A DNA stretch of 64,000 nt from an uncultured Spirochaetota bacterium (GTDB taxonomy: Bacteria > Spirochaetota > Spirochaetia > SZUA-6 > Fen-1364): the NCBI GenBank assembly GCA_963781885.1, contig CAWAHW010000002.1, positions 256,001-320,000 of the forward strand, read 5' to 3'. A program made the position numbers and the translations under genes. Shown here one piece after another: positions 40,017-48,178 of this stretch; position 1 is the stretch's first letter, and each line of letters opens with the position of its first letter. Below the pieces are notes generated by a model, which saw nothing but the letters and a program-made list of their open reading frames with translations, searched no databases and had not been told where the DNA came from.

Positions 40017-40105
40017 GTGGCATTCGCGGCCACTCCTTCCGCTCCTGGCGGAGTTTGGTGGCATTCGCGGCCACTCCTTCCGCTCCTGGCGGAGTTGGCG
40101 GCACT
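40017..40105. repeat. Two tandem 41-bp palindromic repeats, same core as the 6.8-kb cluster
   Basis: GTGGCATTCGCGGCCACTCCTTCCGCTCCTGGCGGAGTT at 40017 and 40058. Confidence 0.88.
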
Positions 40106-40117
40106 TGTTGCGAGGAC

Positions 40118-40148
40118 AAAAAAAGGCCGGGACATTTCTGTCCCGGCC
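40118..40148 (-). terminator. Strong intrinsic terminator
   Basis: GGCCGGGACA-GAAA-TGTCCCGGCC followed by T7 on the minus strand. Confidence 0.9.
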
Positions 40149-40210
40149 ACCCGTCAATCTTCCGTCCTCCAATTGACTGGAGGTTGTGGGGCGGAAGGCT
40201 CCCAGAAGCA
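40118..40210 (-). ncRNA. Candidate orphan small RNA (~95 nt)
   Basis: Bounded by a consensus promoter and a terminator; no self-contained ORF; nested stems with pseudoknot potential. Confidence 0.55.
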
Positions 40211-40216
40211 GAATCG

Positions 40217-40244
40217 ATTATACATGGTCGCCGGGGGTTGTCAA
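40217..40244 (-). promoter_or_regulatory. Consensus sigma70 promoter driving the candidate sRNA
   Basis: TTGACA-N16-TATAAT. Confidence 0.8.
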
Positions 40245-40328
40245 TTAAAAAGGCCCGATCGGAGGAAAAGCGGGGAAAAAAAACGCGGCAACAGGTGATC
40301 GCCCGTATAGTGCGGAGAGGCAGTTGCT

Positions 40329-40440
40329 TTGTGGGGCTAAAACCAACAGAATGGGCGGAGTCCCGTCGCTTCCGGCGATACGATCCCCACGGCGGCGGCA
40401 CCGGAAACCGACGAAAGTCGCATCGACGGGACAGGTTGGC
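40329..40440 (+). promoter_or_regulatory. Structured 5' leader of mtnP (candidate cis-regulatory RNA)
   Basis: Three-way junction closed by a 9-bp stem, GAAA tetraloop, possible pseudoknot; ends just before the AAGGAG RBS. Confidence 0.45.
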
Positions 40441-40458
40441 ACGGAAAGGAGTCAAGCG

Positions 40459-41322
40459 ATGACACGGCTTGCCGTGATCGGAGGAAGCGGGTTGTATGCG
40501 ATGGAAGGAATCCGCGTGCTTGAGGAGAGGGACATCCCGACCCCCTGGGGAATGCCCTCCGATCCCGTGACGGTCGCGGAGATCGGCGGAGAACGGGTCG
40601 CCTTTCTCCCGCGGCATGGCCGCGGACACCGCTATCTGCCTTCAGAGGTGCCTTCGCGGGCGAATATCTGGGCCCTCAAGTCGCTCGGCGTGGAGCAGAT
40701 TCTCTCCGTGAGCGCCGTGGGCTCGCTCTCGGAGGGCTATGCCCCGGGAGAGTTCGTGCTGTGCGACGACCTGATCGACAGGACCGTGAAGCGGCCCTCC
40801 ACGTACTTTGGCGACGGCATTGTCGGGCACGTGGGATTCGCCGAGCCCTTCTGCGGGGGCATGCGGGAAGCGCTCGGCCGCGTCCTCGTCTCCCAGGCGC
40901 ATCCCCACCACCAGACTGGCACCTATGTCTGCATGGAAGGCCCCGCCTTCTCCACGCGCGCGGAATCGGACCTCCACCGCTCATGGCGCGCGGCGCTCAT
41001 TGGCATGACCGCCTGTCCCGAAGCGAAGCTCGCCCGGGAGGCGGAGATCTGCTACGCCACGGTGGCAATGATCACCGACTACGACTGCTGGAAGCCCAGC
41101 GAGGAGAGTGTCAGCGTCGAGATGGTCATGGCCACGATGAAGGCCAACACTACGGCGCTGCGTCGGATGCTTCCCGGCATGGTGGACGCCCTCAAAGGAC
41201 GGGCGGACTGCTCCTGCCGCCACGCCGCGGCGCATGCCGTCATGACGGAACCAGCTCTCATTCCGTACGAAACCCGCCGCAGGCTCGCGCTCTTTTACAG
41301 CAAGTACTGGGACAGAGGATAG
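40459..41322 (+). CDS. mtnP: S-methyl-5'-thioadenosine phosphorylase
   Basis: IGGSGLY, FLPRHG, RANIWALK, EGPAFSTRAES, GMT and TDYDCW motifs. Confidence 0.93.
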   Translation: MTRLAVIGGSGLYAMEGIRVLEERDIPTPWGMPSDPVTVAEIGGERVAFLPRHGRGHRYLPSEVPSRANIWALKSLGVEQILSVSAVGSLSEGYAPGEFVLCDDLIDRTVKRPSTYFGDGIVGHVGFAEPFCGGMREALGRVLVSQAHPHHQTGTYVCMEGPAFSTRAESDLHRSWRAALIGMTACPEAKLAREAEICYATVAMITDYDCWKPSEESVSVEMVMATMKANTTALRRMLPGMVDALKGRADCSCRHAAAHAVMTEPALIPYETRRRLALFYSKYWDRG

Positions 41323-41328
41323 GCCCCG

Positions 41329-42864
41329 ATGGGTGGCATCGGCGAGCTCAAAAGACTTTTGCAAGGAGAAGGCGATGAAGCCCGCAGGGTGGAGAAGGCC
41401 GTCGACTGGCTCCTGGCGGGTCTTCCAGCGGAAGGCGTCGCGCTCCTCACCGCCGACGACAGCGCCTCCGGCGGTCTGGACGTGCGCTGCGCGCGGGGCT
41501 CGCTGATCGCACCCGCGCCGCTTCTCGCCGCGGAGCTTTCCCGCGCGGGAGTCCCCGCGGCCCCGGGACCCATCCGCCTGTCCGCGGGCGGCGCGGCGGA
41601 CACGATTCATTGCTGCCCCATCCCCTTTCCTTCGGCCACGCTGCGCAGCGCGCTGGTGATCCAGGGCCCGGACATTGAAACGGCCGTCCATCGGGCGGGT
41701 GAGGACATGCAGGCCTTCTGCGCGCTCCTGCGCCAGGAGTTGGAAAGCGAGCGCCGCCGCACGATGCACGATCGCGACGTGCTCGTCGGTGACATCCTGT
41801 CCGAGGGGACCCTTGGATCCGGCTTCATGCCGGGGCTCACCTTTCTCACCGAAGGCCTGAAGCTTCCGCTGTACATGTGCGACCTGCGGGGCACGTTCCG
41901 CTACGCGAGCCAGGGCTTCCTCAGCCTCACCATCCATGACAGCCTGGAAAGCCTCTGCGCGCGCGGGGACTTCTTCCGCGACCCCGGCAGCAGGACCGAC
42001 GAGCTTGAAACCATCAGGTCCCTCGGCTCCGTGACGTCCTTTCCCCTGGCCGTGACCACGGGTGACGGCCGCCGCCTGGACATCCGCGATTCCGCCGTGC
42101 TTTTCGGCGACAACATTGTCGGGGTCTTTTTCGACGTCACCGCGCTCCTGGCCGCCAACGCCGAGCTGAAGGATACCCTCCAGGTCCAGGAGCTGCTGAA
42201 CGACAGCATCCTCGCGGGCACGAAGGTCCTCCAGCGGACGCAGGGGGCCGCCATCCGCACCCTTGCCCGGCTTGCCGAATACCGGGACCCCGAGACGGGC
42301 TTCCACCTCCAGCGCATCTGCGAATACACGCGCCTCCTTGCACTTCAGGTGCACGAGCGCTCGCCGTACGCCTTCAGGATCACGCGCGACTACGGCGACG
42401 ATCTTTCCATCTCGAGCATGCTGCACGACATCGGCAAGGTGAGCATCCCCGACAACATCCTCCTGAAGCAGGGGCCCCTGGATCCGCACGAATGGGAGGT
42501 CATGAAGAAGCACACCGTCTTCGGCTGGGAGGTGCTCCACAAGGCGGACCGCGAGCTGGGTGAGCAGTCTTTCCTCACGCTCGCGGCAACCATCGCTCTT
42601 TCCCATCACGAGCGATTCGACGGCAAGGGCTATCCGCACGGCAGCATCGGCGACCAGATCCCCCTCTCCGCGCGGATCTCTTCCATCGCCGACGTCTACG
42701 ATGCCCTCACCTCGGCCCGGCCCTACAAGGAGGCCTGGAGCCACGAGAGGGCGACCGAGGAGATCCTTTCCCAGGGGGCGGGCCATTTCGATCCCGTGCT
42801 CATCGAGATCTTCCGCGACGTGCACGGCCTTTTCGCCGAGGTGCGGCGCCAGTTCCCCGGATGA
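41329..42864 (+). CDS. HD-GYP domain phosphodiesterase with a PAS-like sensor region
   Basis: AEYRDPETGFH, LHDIGK, HHERFDGKGYP, ADVYDAL and RPYK motifs. Confidence 0.9.
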   Translation: MGGIGELKRLLQGEGDEARRVEKAVDWLLAGLPAEGVALLTADDSASGGLDVRCARGSLIAPAPLLAAELSRAGVPAAPGPIRLSAGGAADTIHCCPIPFPSATLRSALVIQGPDIETAVHRAGEDMQAFCALLRQELESERRRTMHDRDVLVGDILSEGTLGSGFMPGLTFLTEGLKLPLYMCDLRGTFRYASQGFLSLTIHDSLESLCARGDFFRDPGSRTDELETIRSLGSVTSFPLAVTTGDGRRLDIRDSAVLFGDNIVGVFFDVTALLAANAELKDTLQVQELLNDSILAGTKVLQRTQGAAIRTLARLAEYRDPETGFHLQRICEYTRLLALQVHERSPYAFRITRDYGDDLSISSMLHDIGKVSIPDNILLKQGPLDPHEWEVMKKHTVFGWEVLHKADRELGEQSFLTLAATIALSHHERFDGKGYPHGSIGDQIPLSARISSIADVYDALTSARPYKEAWSHERATEEILSQGAGHFDPVLIEIFRDVHGLFAEVRRQFPG

Positions 42865-42868
42865 GGCG

Positions 42869-43738
42869 ATGAAAGCAGCGGTCGTCGCCGTTGTCGGACG
42901 GCCGTCGTCGGGAAAATCGACGCTCGTCAACGCGCTGTGCGGCGGCAAGGTCTCCATCGTGTCCCCCGTGCCGCAGACCACGCGCAACAAGGTGCGGGGG
43001 ATCCTCAACGCGCCGGAGGGCCAGCTCGTGTTCATGGACACCCCCGGCTTCCATCTTTCAGAGAAGAAGCTCAACCGCTACATGGCCGAGCTCGTCACCT
43101 CCGCCCTTGCCGAGGTCGACGTCGTGCTCTACGTGGTCGACGGCACCCGAGCCGCCGGCGAAGAGGAGCGGGCGCTGCAGGCCGTGCTGCGCGCGTCGCT
43201 GCCGCCCCGCGTGGTGTGCGTGAACAAGTCTGACAGCCCGGACTGGGCACCGGCCCTCGATGCGATTGCCGCAGCCCTCCCCCCGTGCACCCCCCTGGTG
43301 GTGTCCGCGCTGAAAGGCGTGGGGCTGGACACGCTCACGGCGCAGTTGTTCGCCCTTTCTCCTGAAGGCGAGCAGATGTATCCCGAGGACTACTACACCG
43401 ACCAGACGCCCGAGTTCCGCATCGCCGAAATACTGCGGGAGAAAGCGATGCTCCAGACGCGCGACGAGGTGCCGCACGCGATCTACGTCCGGCTGGAGGA
43501 CGTCGAGATGCACGACGACGGGGCGACGATCTGGGCGCGAGGGTTTCTCTGCGTGGAGCGCGAATCGCAGCAGGGCATCCTCGTGGGCAGGGGCGGGGAG
43601 CGCATCAGGAGCATCGTCGCCGAGGCCCAGCGCGAGCTCGCGGAGATTTTTCCCTGGAACGTGAAGCTCGACATCCGCGTGAAGGTGGACCGTGACTGGC
43701 GGAAGAGGGATCCGCTTCTCAGGAAAATGATCCGCTGA
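42869..43738 (+). CDS. era: GTPase Era
   Basis: GRPSSGKST, PQTTR, DTPG, NKSD; KH domain with GRGG. Confidence 0.95.
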   Translation: MKAAVVAVVGRPSSGKSTLVNALCGGKVSIVSPVPQTTRNKVRGILNAPEGQLVFMDTPGFHLSEKKLNRYMAELVTSALAEVDVVLYVVDGTRAAGEEERALQAVLRASLPPRVVCVNKSDSPDWAPALDAIAAALPPCTPLVVSALKGVGLDTLTAQLFALSPEGEQMYPEDYYTDQTPEFRIAEILREKAMLQTRDEVPHAIYVRLEDVEMHDDGATIWARGFLCVERESQQGILVGRGGERIRSIVAEAQRELAEIFPWNVKLDIRVKVDRDWRKRDPLLRKMIR

Positions 43739-43765
43739 AGACCGGGGCCGGTGACCCCGGCTCCG

Positions 43766-45640
43766 TCATCTCACCTTTGTCGCCAGCAGGTCGGTGAGGG
43801 CGAGCGCCGTCGCTGCGTCCGACGGGTTTTCGATGCCGACAACGAGATTGGATCCCTGGATGGCCGGGGGGGGAACGGCAAGCGTCTTCTCCGCGCCGCC
43901 GCTTGCAACGACGATCGACGAGGCCTGCGGGCCGACGCGGAAACGCAGGCGCGACGAGTCGGCGGCGAGCGGGACGATGAGCGCCGCCGCGCTGCTGCCC
44001 TCCCACGAGATGACGAGTGTCGCGGCGTGCGCGGAGTCCCGGGAGAGATCCGCCGTCACCGATACCGCCGAATCGCCGGTGGACAGGGGCGGCAGGGTGA
44101 GGCGCGCGCCCGGCGGAAGGCTCAAGCTGCCGCCGGCGATCTGGCCTTTGCCGTTCGCGGTCCCGGCCGGCGTTCCCGTCAGCACGAAACCGTCGGGGAG
44201 ATAGATGCCGTCGAAGCCGTTCGCGACGACCAGGCTGCTGCCGTTTGCAATCGCCTGCGCTCGCGCGTAGAGACCGGGGTCCGTGGAGGCGCGGCCCGCC
44301 GCGTCCTGGGAGTAGACGCCGAACTCGTCCACGACACCAGCAAAACCCTGCGGCCCGCCGATGGTGAGGCTTCCCTCCTGCCCGATGGCATAGGGTGGAG
44401 CGTGGACGGTCGCGACGCCTACCTGCGATCCGTCGAGAAACCACTGCGCGGCGAGACTGTCAGCCTGCGGGACGATGCTGAGCGACACGAGGTAGCGCTG
44501 CGTGGCCGCCAAGGCCGGTCCCGACCACGGGATGACGGCCGTGCCGCCAGCGCCGCTCAGGCGCGCCTGCGGCCCTCCGGTCTGGGGATCCATTTCGATG
44601 CTGAGGCTGAAGCCCCCGCCCGCTGCCGCCGCGCTCACGAGCGTGTGCGCCGCATGAGGATCGTCCAGGGAAAGCCCGAGGCTGATCGTGAACGGCATCA
44701 AGGTTCCCGCCTGCTGGGGGAGGGCGAGCCACGGAACCTGCACGCCCGAGCTGCCGTCCAGCCGGTAGCCAAACCTGTCTTCCAGTGTGACGACCGCGGG
44801 CGTGCCGACCGCCACTGCCTTGGTCCTTCCCGACCGTATCGCTCCCGCGCCCGCATCGACCAGGGAGGCCTGCAGGTGAAGGAGGGAAAGGTAGGAGGAA
44901 TCGGGGCCCATGTCGCTCTGCGCCGACGCGGCATTTGCGGAGACCACCACGTCGGTGGAAAGCGACAGTGACGAGCTGAAGGGGAAGTCCGTGCCGGTGG
45001 GAGGCGCGCTGGGGAAAAGCTCCAGCGTGATGGTATAGACGCCGGAGTCGGCAGGCACGACCCAGAGGATCTGGTCCAGACCGTCGCCGACCATGCCGCG
45101 GGCGATCACCTTGCCTTTCCACGTCCATCGCAGGTATCCGTTGGACCCGTCAGGGGTCTCTATCTCTGCTTTCAGCATCACCGTTGCCTGGCTGGTGATC
45201 ACGGGCGGGAAGCTCCTGATGCCCGTCACCCTCCAGCCGTCCTTTGCAACGAAGAAGGAGGCGGACTTCCTCTGCACGACCTCACCGGCGGAATACAGGA
45301 CGAGATCCAGCTTGTACAGCCCCGGCGCGAGGTCCGCGGGGAGCGCGATTCCGCTCTGGTCGTTGAGCGTGGCCCCGCTGCGCTGATGCCAGACGCTCTG
45401 CCCGGAGGAGGAGGTGAGGGTGACCTCTATCTCCAGCGTTCCGTTCTTGGATGTATCCTGTCCCGACACAAGAAGGGGAAGCGACTTGCCCGCGGCAAAT
45501 ACCTGGCCGTCGGTGGCCGAGGTGATCTGCATGTCGGAGGAATCGCTCTTGACCGGCATGAAGAGGGACTGATCCCCGCACGCGGCAAGGAATACACCAA
45601 GGATGAGGAGAGGAACTGTCCGCGCGAGCATGCGGGCCAT
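43766..45640 (-). CDS. Large lipoprotein with Ig-like and LamG/concanavalin-like domains
   Basis: Lipobox LAAC; beta-rich; WFLDG...FAGVVDEFGVY LamG-like signature. Confidence 0.7.
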   Translation of the reverse strand: MARMLARTVPLLILGVFLAACGDQSLFMPVKSDSSDMQITSATDGQVFAAGKSLPLLVSGQDTSKNGTLEIEVTLTSSSGQSVWHQRSGATLNDQSGIALPADLAPGLYKLDLVLYSAGEVVQRKSASFFVAKDGWRVTGIRSFPPVITSQATVMLKAEIETPDGSNGYLRWTWKGKVIARGMVGDGLDQILWVVPADSGVYTITLELFPSAPPTGTDFPFSSSLSLSTDVVVSANAASAQSDMGPDSSYLSLLHLQASLVDAGAGAIRSGRTKAVAVGTPAVVTLEDRFGYRLDGSSGVQVPWLALPQQAGTLMPFTISLGLSLDDPHAAHTLVSAAAAGGGFSLSIEMDPQTGGPQARLSGAGGTAVIPWSGPALAATQRYLVSLSIVPQADSLAAQWFLDGSQVGVATVHAPPYAIGQEGSLTIGGPQGFAGVVDEFGVYSQDAAGRASTDPGLYARAQAIANGSSLVVANGFDGIYLPDGFVLTGTPAGTANGKGQIAGGSLSLPPGARLTLPPLSTGDSAVSVTADLSRDSAHAATLVISWEGSSAAALIVPLAADSSRLRFRVGPQASSIVVASGGAEKTLAVPPPAIQGSNLVVGIENPSDAATALALTDLLATKVR

Positions 45641-45671
45641 CAAGGCAAATATATCACCATGGGGGGGGAAT

Positions 45672-45992
45672 TCAAGAAGCGTCCGGCAGGCGCAGGTGGA
45701 GAATCTCGATGAGGACGTCGCCGCGCGTGTAGGTCTGGCAGGCGAGCCGGATATCGGGGCCCGAAGGCTCGCCCTCATCGGCCAGGGACCGCAGCCTCTT
45801 GATTTCCATTTCCCTCCGCGGGCTCAGGAACTCCGCCCCCTGATGGACGCGGATCAGGTCGCGGCCGCAGGAGGCTCGGCCGCCGCATAGCGTCTGGATG
45901 GGGAACTTGTTGCGCAGCAGCGCATTGAGCAGGGAGGTGGTGAGGTTCACGTCGAATGTCTCGGGCCTGCCGACGATGTGGATCACGGACAC
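45672..45992 (-). CDS. 2Fe-2S ferredoxin-like protein (third Cys replaced by Asp)
   Basis: SLLNALL...CGGRASCGRD...RLACQ; GTG start after a G-rich RBS. Confidence 0.8.
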   Translation of the reverse strand: MSVIHIVGRPETFDVNLTTSLLNALLRNKFPIQTLCGGRASCGRDLIRVHQGAEFLSPRREMEIKRLRSLADEGEPSGPDIRLACQTYTRGDVLIEILHLRLPDAS

Positions 45993-45997
45993 GGCGC

Positions 45998-46129
45998 CTA
46001 TCCCCCCTCGGCATGCGCGGTGTACTGGCGCACGGCGAGCACGGAGATGCCCGCCCCGATGCCCACGACGAGGCTCACGATGATGATGAGATCGACCTTC
46101 ACCGCGATGGGGAACGATCGCCTCGCCAT
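45998..46129 (-). CDS. 43-aa single-TM peptide (not in the ORF track); possible truncated sensor N-terminus
   Basis: MARRSFPIAVKVDLIIIVSLVVGIGAGISVLAVRQYTAHAEGG*; fills the gap between the DOMON and ferredoxin genes with high GC3. Confidence 0.6.
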   Translation of the reverse strand: MARRSFPIAVKVDLIIIVSLVVGIGAGISVLAVRQYTAHAEGG

Positions 46130-46135
46130 GCGTGC

Positions 46136-46681
46136 CTACGGGGCGATGCTGACCGACAGCCCCGCCTTGGCCTTGTGCATCGAGACAAAAGAATCCGCCG
46201 CGCCCATTGCGATCACCAGGGCGAGCGTCTTCTGACCGCTCGCGATGAAGCGCGCGGCGGGAAGCGCCAGCTCCATCATCGTGCGGCCGTTCGATTCGGA
46301 GAGGGAATACTGCAGCGGGGGATCGGCGTCCGTGTCGGCGTGCCGATGACCCGTTGCCTGCTGCACCTTCAACTGTTCCTTGTCCGGGCCGACGAAACCG
46401 ATGTACATCACGGCGCCGTCCATGCGCGTGGATCCCAGGCCCACCGCGACCCACCCGGTGGTGGGGGCGCTCAATGCGACGAAGAGCGTGTCGGCCGACA
46501 GGCTCAGGCCGAGCTGCATGCCGGCGGCGTTGGTGGTGAGCGTATATTCCTTCGGGCCGATAACCCCGTCCACCCGGGGGAGCGCGGAGGTCAGGGTCAA
46601 GTCTCCGCTGCTCTGGGCGGACGCCAGGCCCGCGGCAGCGGCCAGCAGGACGGCGGCGCAGAGAATGGTTTTAACATTCAT
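46136..46681 (-). CDS. Exported DOMON-domain protein (heme-binding type)
   Basis: Signal peptide; GWVAVGLG..RMDGA (Met ligand) and C-terminal MH (His ligand). Confidence 0.78.
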   Translation of the reverse strand: MNVKTILCAAVLLAAAAGLASAQSSGDLTLTSALPRVDGVIGPKEYTLTTNAAGMQLGLSLSADTLFVALSAPTTGWVAVGLGSTRMDGAVMYIGFVGPDKEQLKVQQATGHRHADTDADPPLQYSLSESNGRTMMELALPAARFIASGQKTLALVIAMGAADSFVSMHKAKAGLSVSIAP

Positions 46682-46780
46682 TTCAAAATGCCTCCATCGA
46701 TTGCATGTCGGAGGCCTTCAGAATAGAAGGAAATGACTGCGTGCGCAAGAAAAATCTCGAGCCCCCGGAGGACGGGCGCC

Positions 46781-47494
46781 CTACAGGTTGCGGGAATCGC
46801 AGAGGGCGCGGACGGGGCACGCGTCGTGATTCGGTCTGCGCGCCGCGCAGCAGCGCCTGCCATGGAATGTCACCGCGTGGGAAAAGGCCGTCCACGCGCC
46901 GTCCGGCAGGAGCGCTCCAAGCGCGGCCTCGATCCTGTCGGGGTCGTCATCCGTGACGAGCCCCAGGCGCTGGACGACCCGGCGCACGTGCGTATCGACG
47001 ATGATCGCGGGCGCGGCGAAGCAGACGCCCAGGATCACGTTCGACGTCTTGCGGCCGACACCGGGCAGGGTGAGAAGATCCGCCATCCGGTCTGGGAAAT
47101 GCGTCGGGAAGTTCCGGACCAGGGCCGCGGCCGCGCCTTTCAGGTTTTTTGCCTTGTTGTGATAAAAGCCCGTGCTCCTGACGAGCGCCTCCAGCTCATC
47201 GATGCGGGCCGCTGCCATGGAGGCGGGCGTGGGAAAGCGCGCGAAGAGGGCAGGGGTCACCTTGTTCACGCGCTCGTCCGTGCACTGTGCCGCAAGGATG
47301 GTGGCGACGAGGAGCTGGAAGGGATCCCTGTGGTCGAGCATGCAATGTGCATCAGGGTAATGCGCGACAAGGATGCGGGCGATTTCGCGCGCGCGGCGGG
47401 CCGTCGTGGACCCTGCCAGGCGCGGACGAGCGGCAGCGGTTTTTGCCCGGGGCGCGCGGCGTGGAGGCTGCTTCTTGATGCCCTTGTCGTCCAT
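46781..47494 (-). CDS. nth: Endonuclease III
   Basis: LVATILAAQCTD, HhH motif LPGVGRKT, VDTHV; C-terminal Fe-S loop. Confidence 0.93.
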   Translation of the reverse strand: MDDKGIKKQPPRRAPRAKTAAARPRLAGSTTARRAREIARILVAHYPDAHCMLDHRDPFQLLVATILAAQCTDERVNKVTPALFARFPTPASMAAARIDELEALVRSTGFYHNKAKNLKGAAAALVRNFPTHFPDRMADLLTLPGVGRKTSNVILGVCFAAPAIIVDTHVRRVVQRLGLVTDDDPDRIEAALGALLPDGAWTAFSHAVTFHGRRCCAARRPNHDACPVRALCDSRNL

Positions 47495-47597
47495 GCCGCG
47501 CGCGATCCTACGCCCGGGCCGCCAAAATGTCGAGGGTCGGCGCGCGCATGCCGAACGCGCTTTCCTTTTCCGTGCGCCGTGCATAATTTTTCAGACT

Positions 47598-48059
47598 ATG
47601 ATACACGCCATCTATCAGTTTATCGGGAAGCTGGGATATACCCACCCGCTGCATCCCATGGTGACGCATATCACGATCGGGTTGACCATCGGGACGCTCA
47701 CCTTTGCCGTCATCTCGCTCCTCTTCCGCCGGGTTCGGCTGAAGCTCACCGCGTTCCACTGCGCGGTGCTCGCCATCGTGAGCATTTTCCCCACCGTGCT
47801 CCTGGGCTACATGGACTGGCGGGAAAAGTTCGGCGGGCAATGGATCACGACGATCATCATCAAGATGATACTCGCCGGAGCCCTCTTCATTTGTCTCCTC
47901 GCGGGTCTGCTCCTTGGCAGGCTGCGCAAAGGGGAAGCGGAAGAAGCCGACCAGCGGCCCTGGCGCAGCCCGCGTGCCATCGCCGCGCTCGTGCTGTATT
48001 TCGTGTGCACGGGAATCGTCATCGCCCTGGGTTTCCTCGGGGGAAGCCTGGTCTACTGA
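47598..48059 (+). CDS. DUF2231-like 4-TM membrane protein
   Basis: HPLHPMVTH...G, four TM helices, terminal GFLGGSLVY. Confidence 0.7.
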   Translation: MIHAIYQFIGKLGYTHPLHPMVTHITIGLTIGTLTFAVISLLFRRVRLKLTAFHCAVLAIVSIFPTVLLGYMDWREKFGGQWITTIIIKMILAGALFICLLAGLLLGRLRKGEAEEADQRPWRSPRAIAALVLYFVCTGIVIALGFLGGSLVY

Positions 48060-48141
48060 TCCGCCTTATTGCCGCGCGTTGACGGCGGCTCTCTTTCCGT
48101 TTCCGCCACATACCGCCCTGCCCCTTGACAGGGGCAGGGTT

Positions 48142-48178
48142 GGTGCATTCTGATTCAAGCATTACATAAACATTCATG
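48142..48178 (+). promoter_or_regulatory. Tandem ARG-box-like operator upstream of argR
   Basis: TGCATTCTGATTCA (48144-48157) and TACATAAACATTCA (48163-48176), downstream of TTGACA (48125-48130). Confidence 0.6.

Noticed and set aside
39951-40172. 73-aa ORF overlapping the clpP start as a leader peptide
   Set aside because: It runs through a strong terminator and the repeats, and clpP has its own promoter; probably incidental.
40100-40458. Known RNAs (SRP, 6S, tmRNA; SAM, SAH, TPP, cobalamin, ZTP, c-di-GMP riboswitches)
   Set aside because: Their hallmark sequence motifs were not found by eye; an Rfam scan is needed to be definitive.
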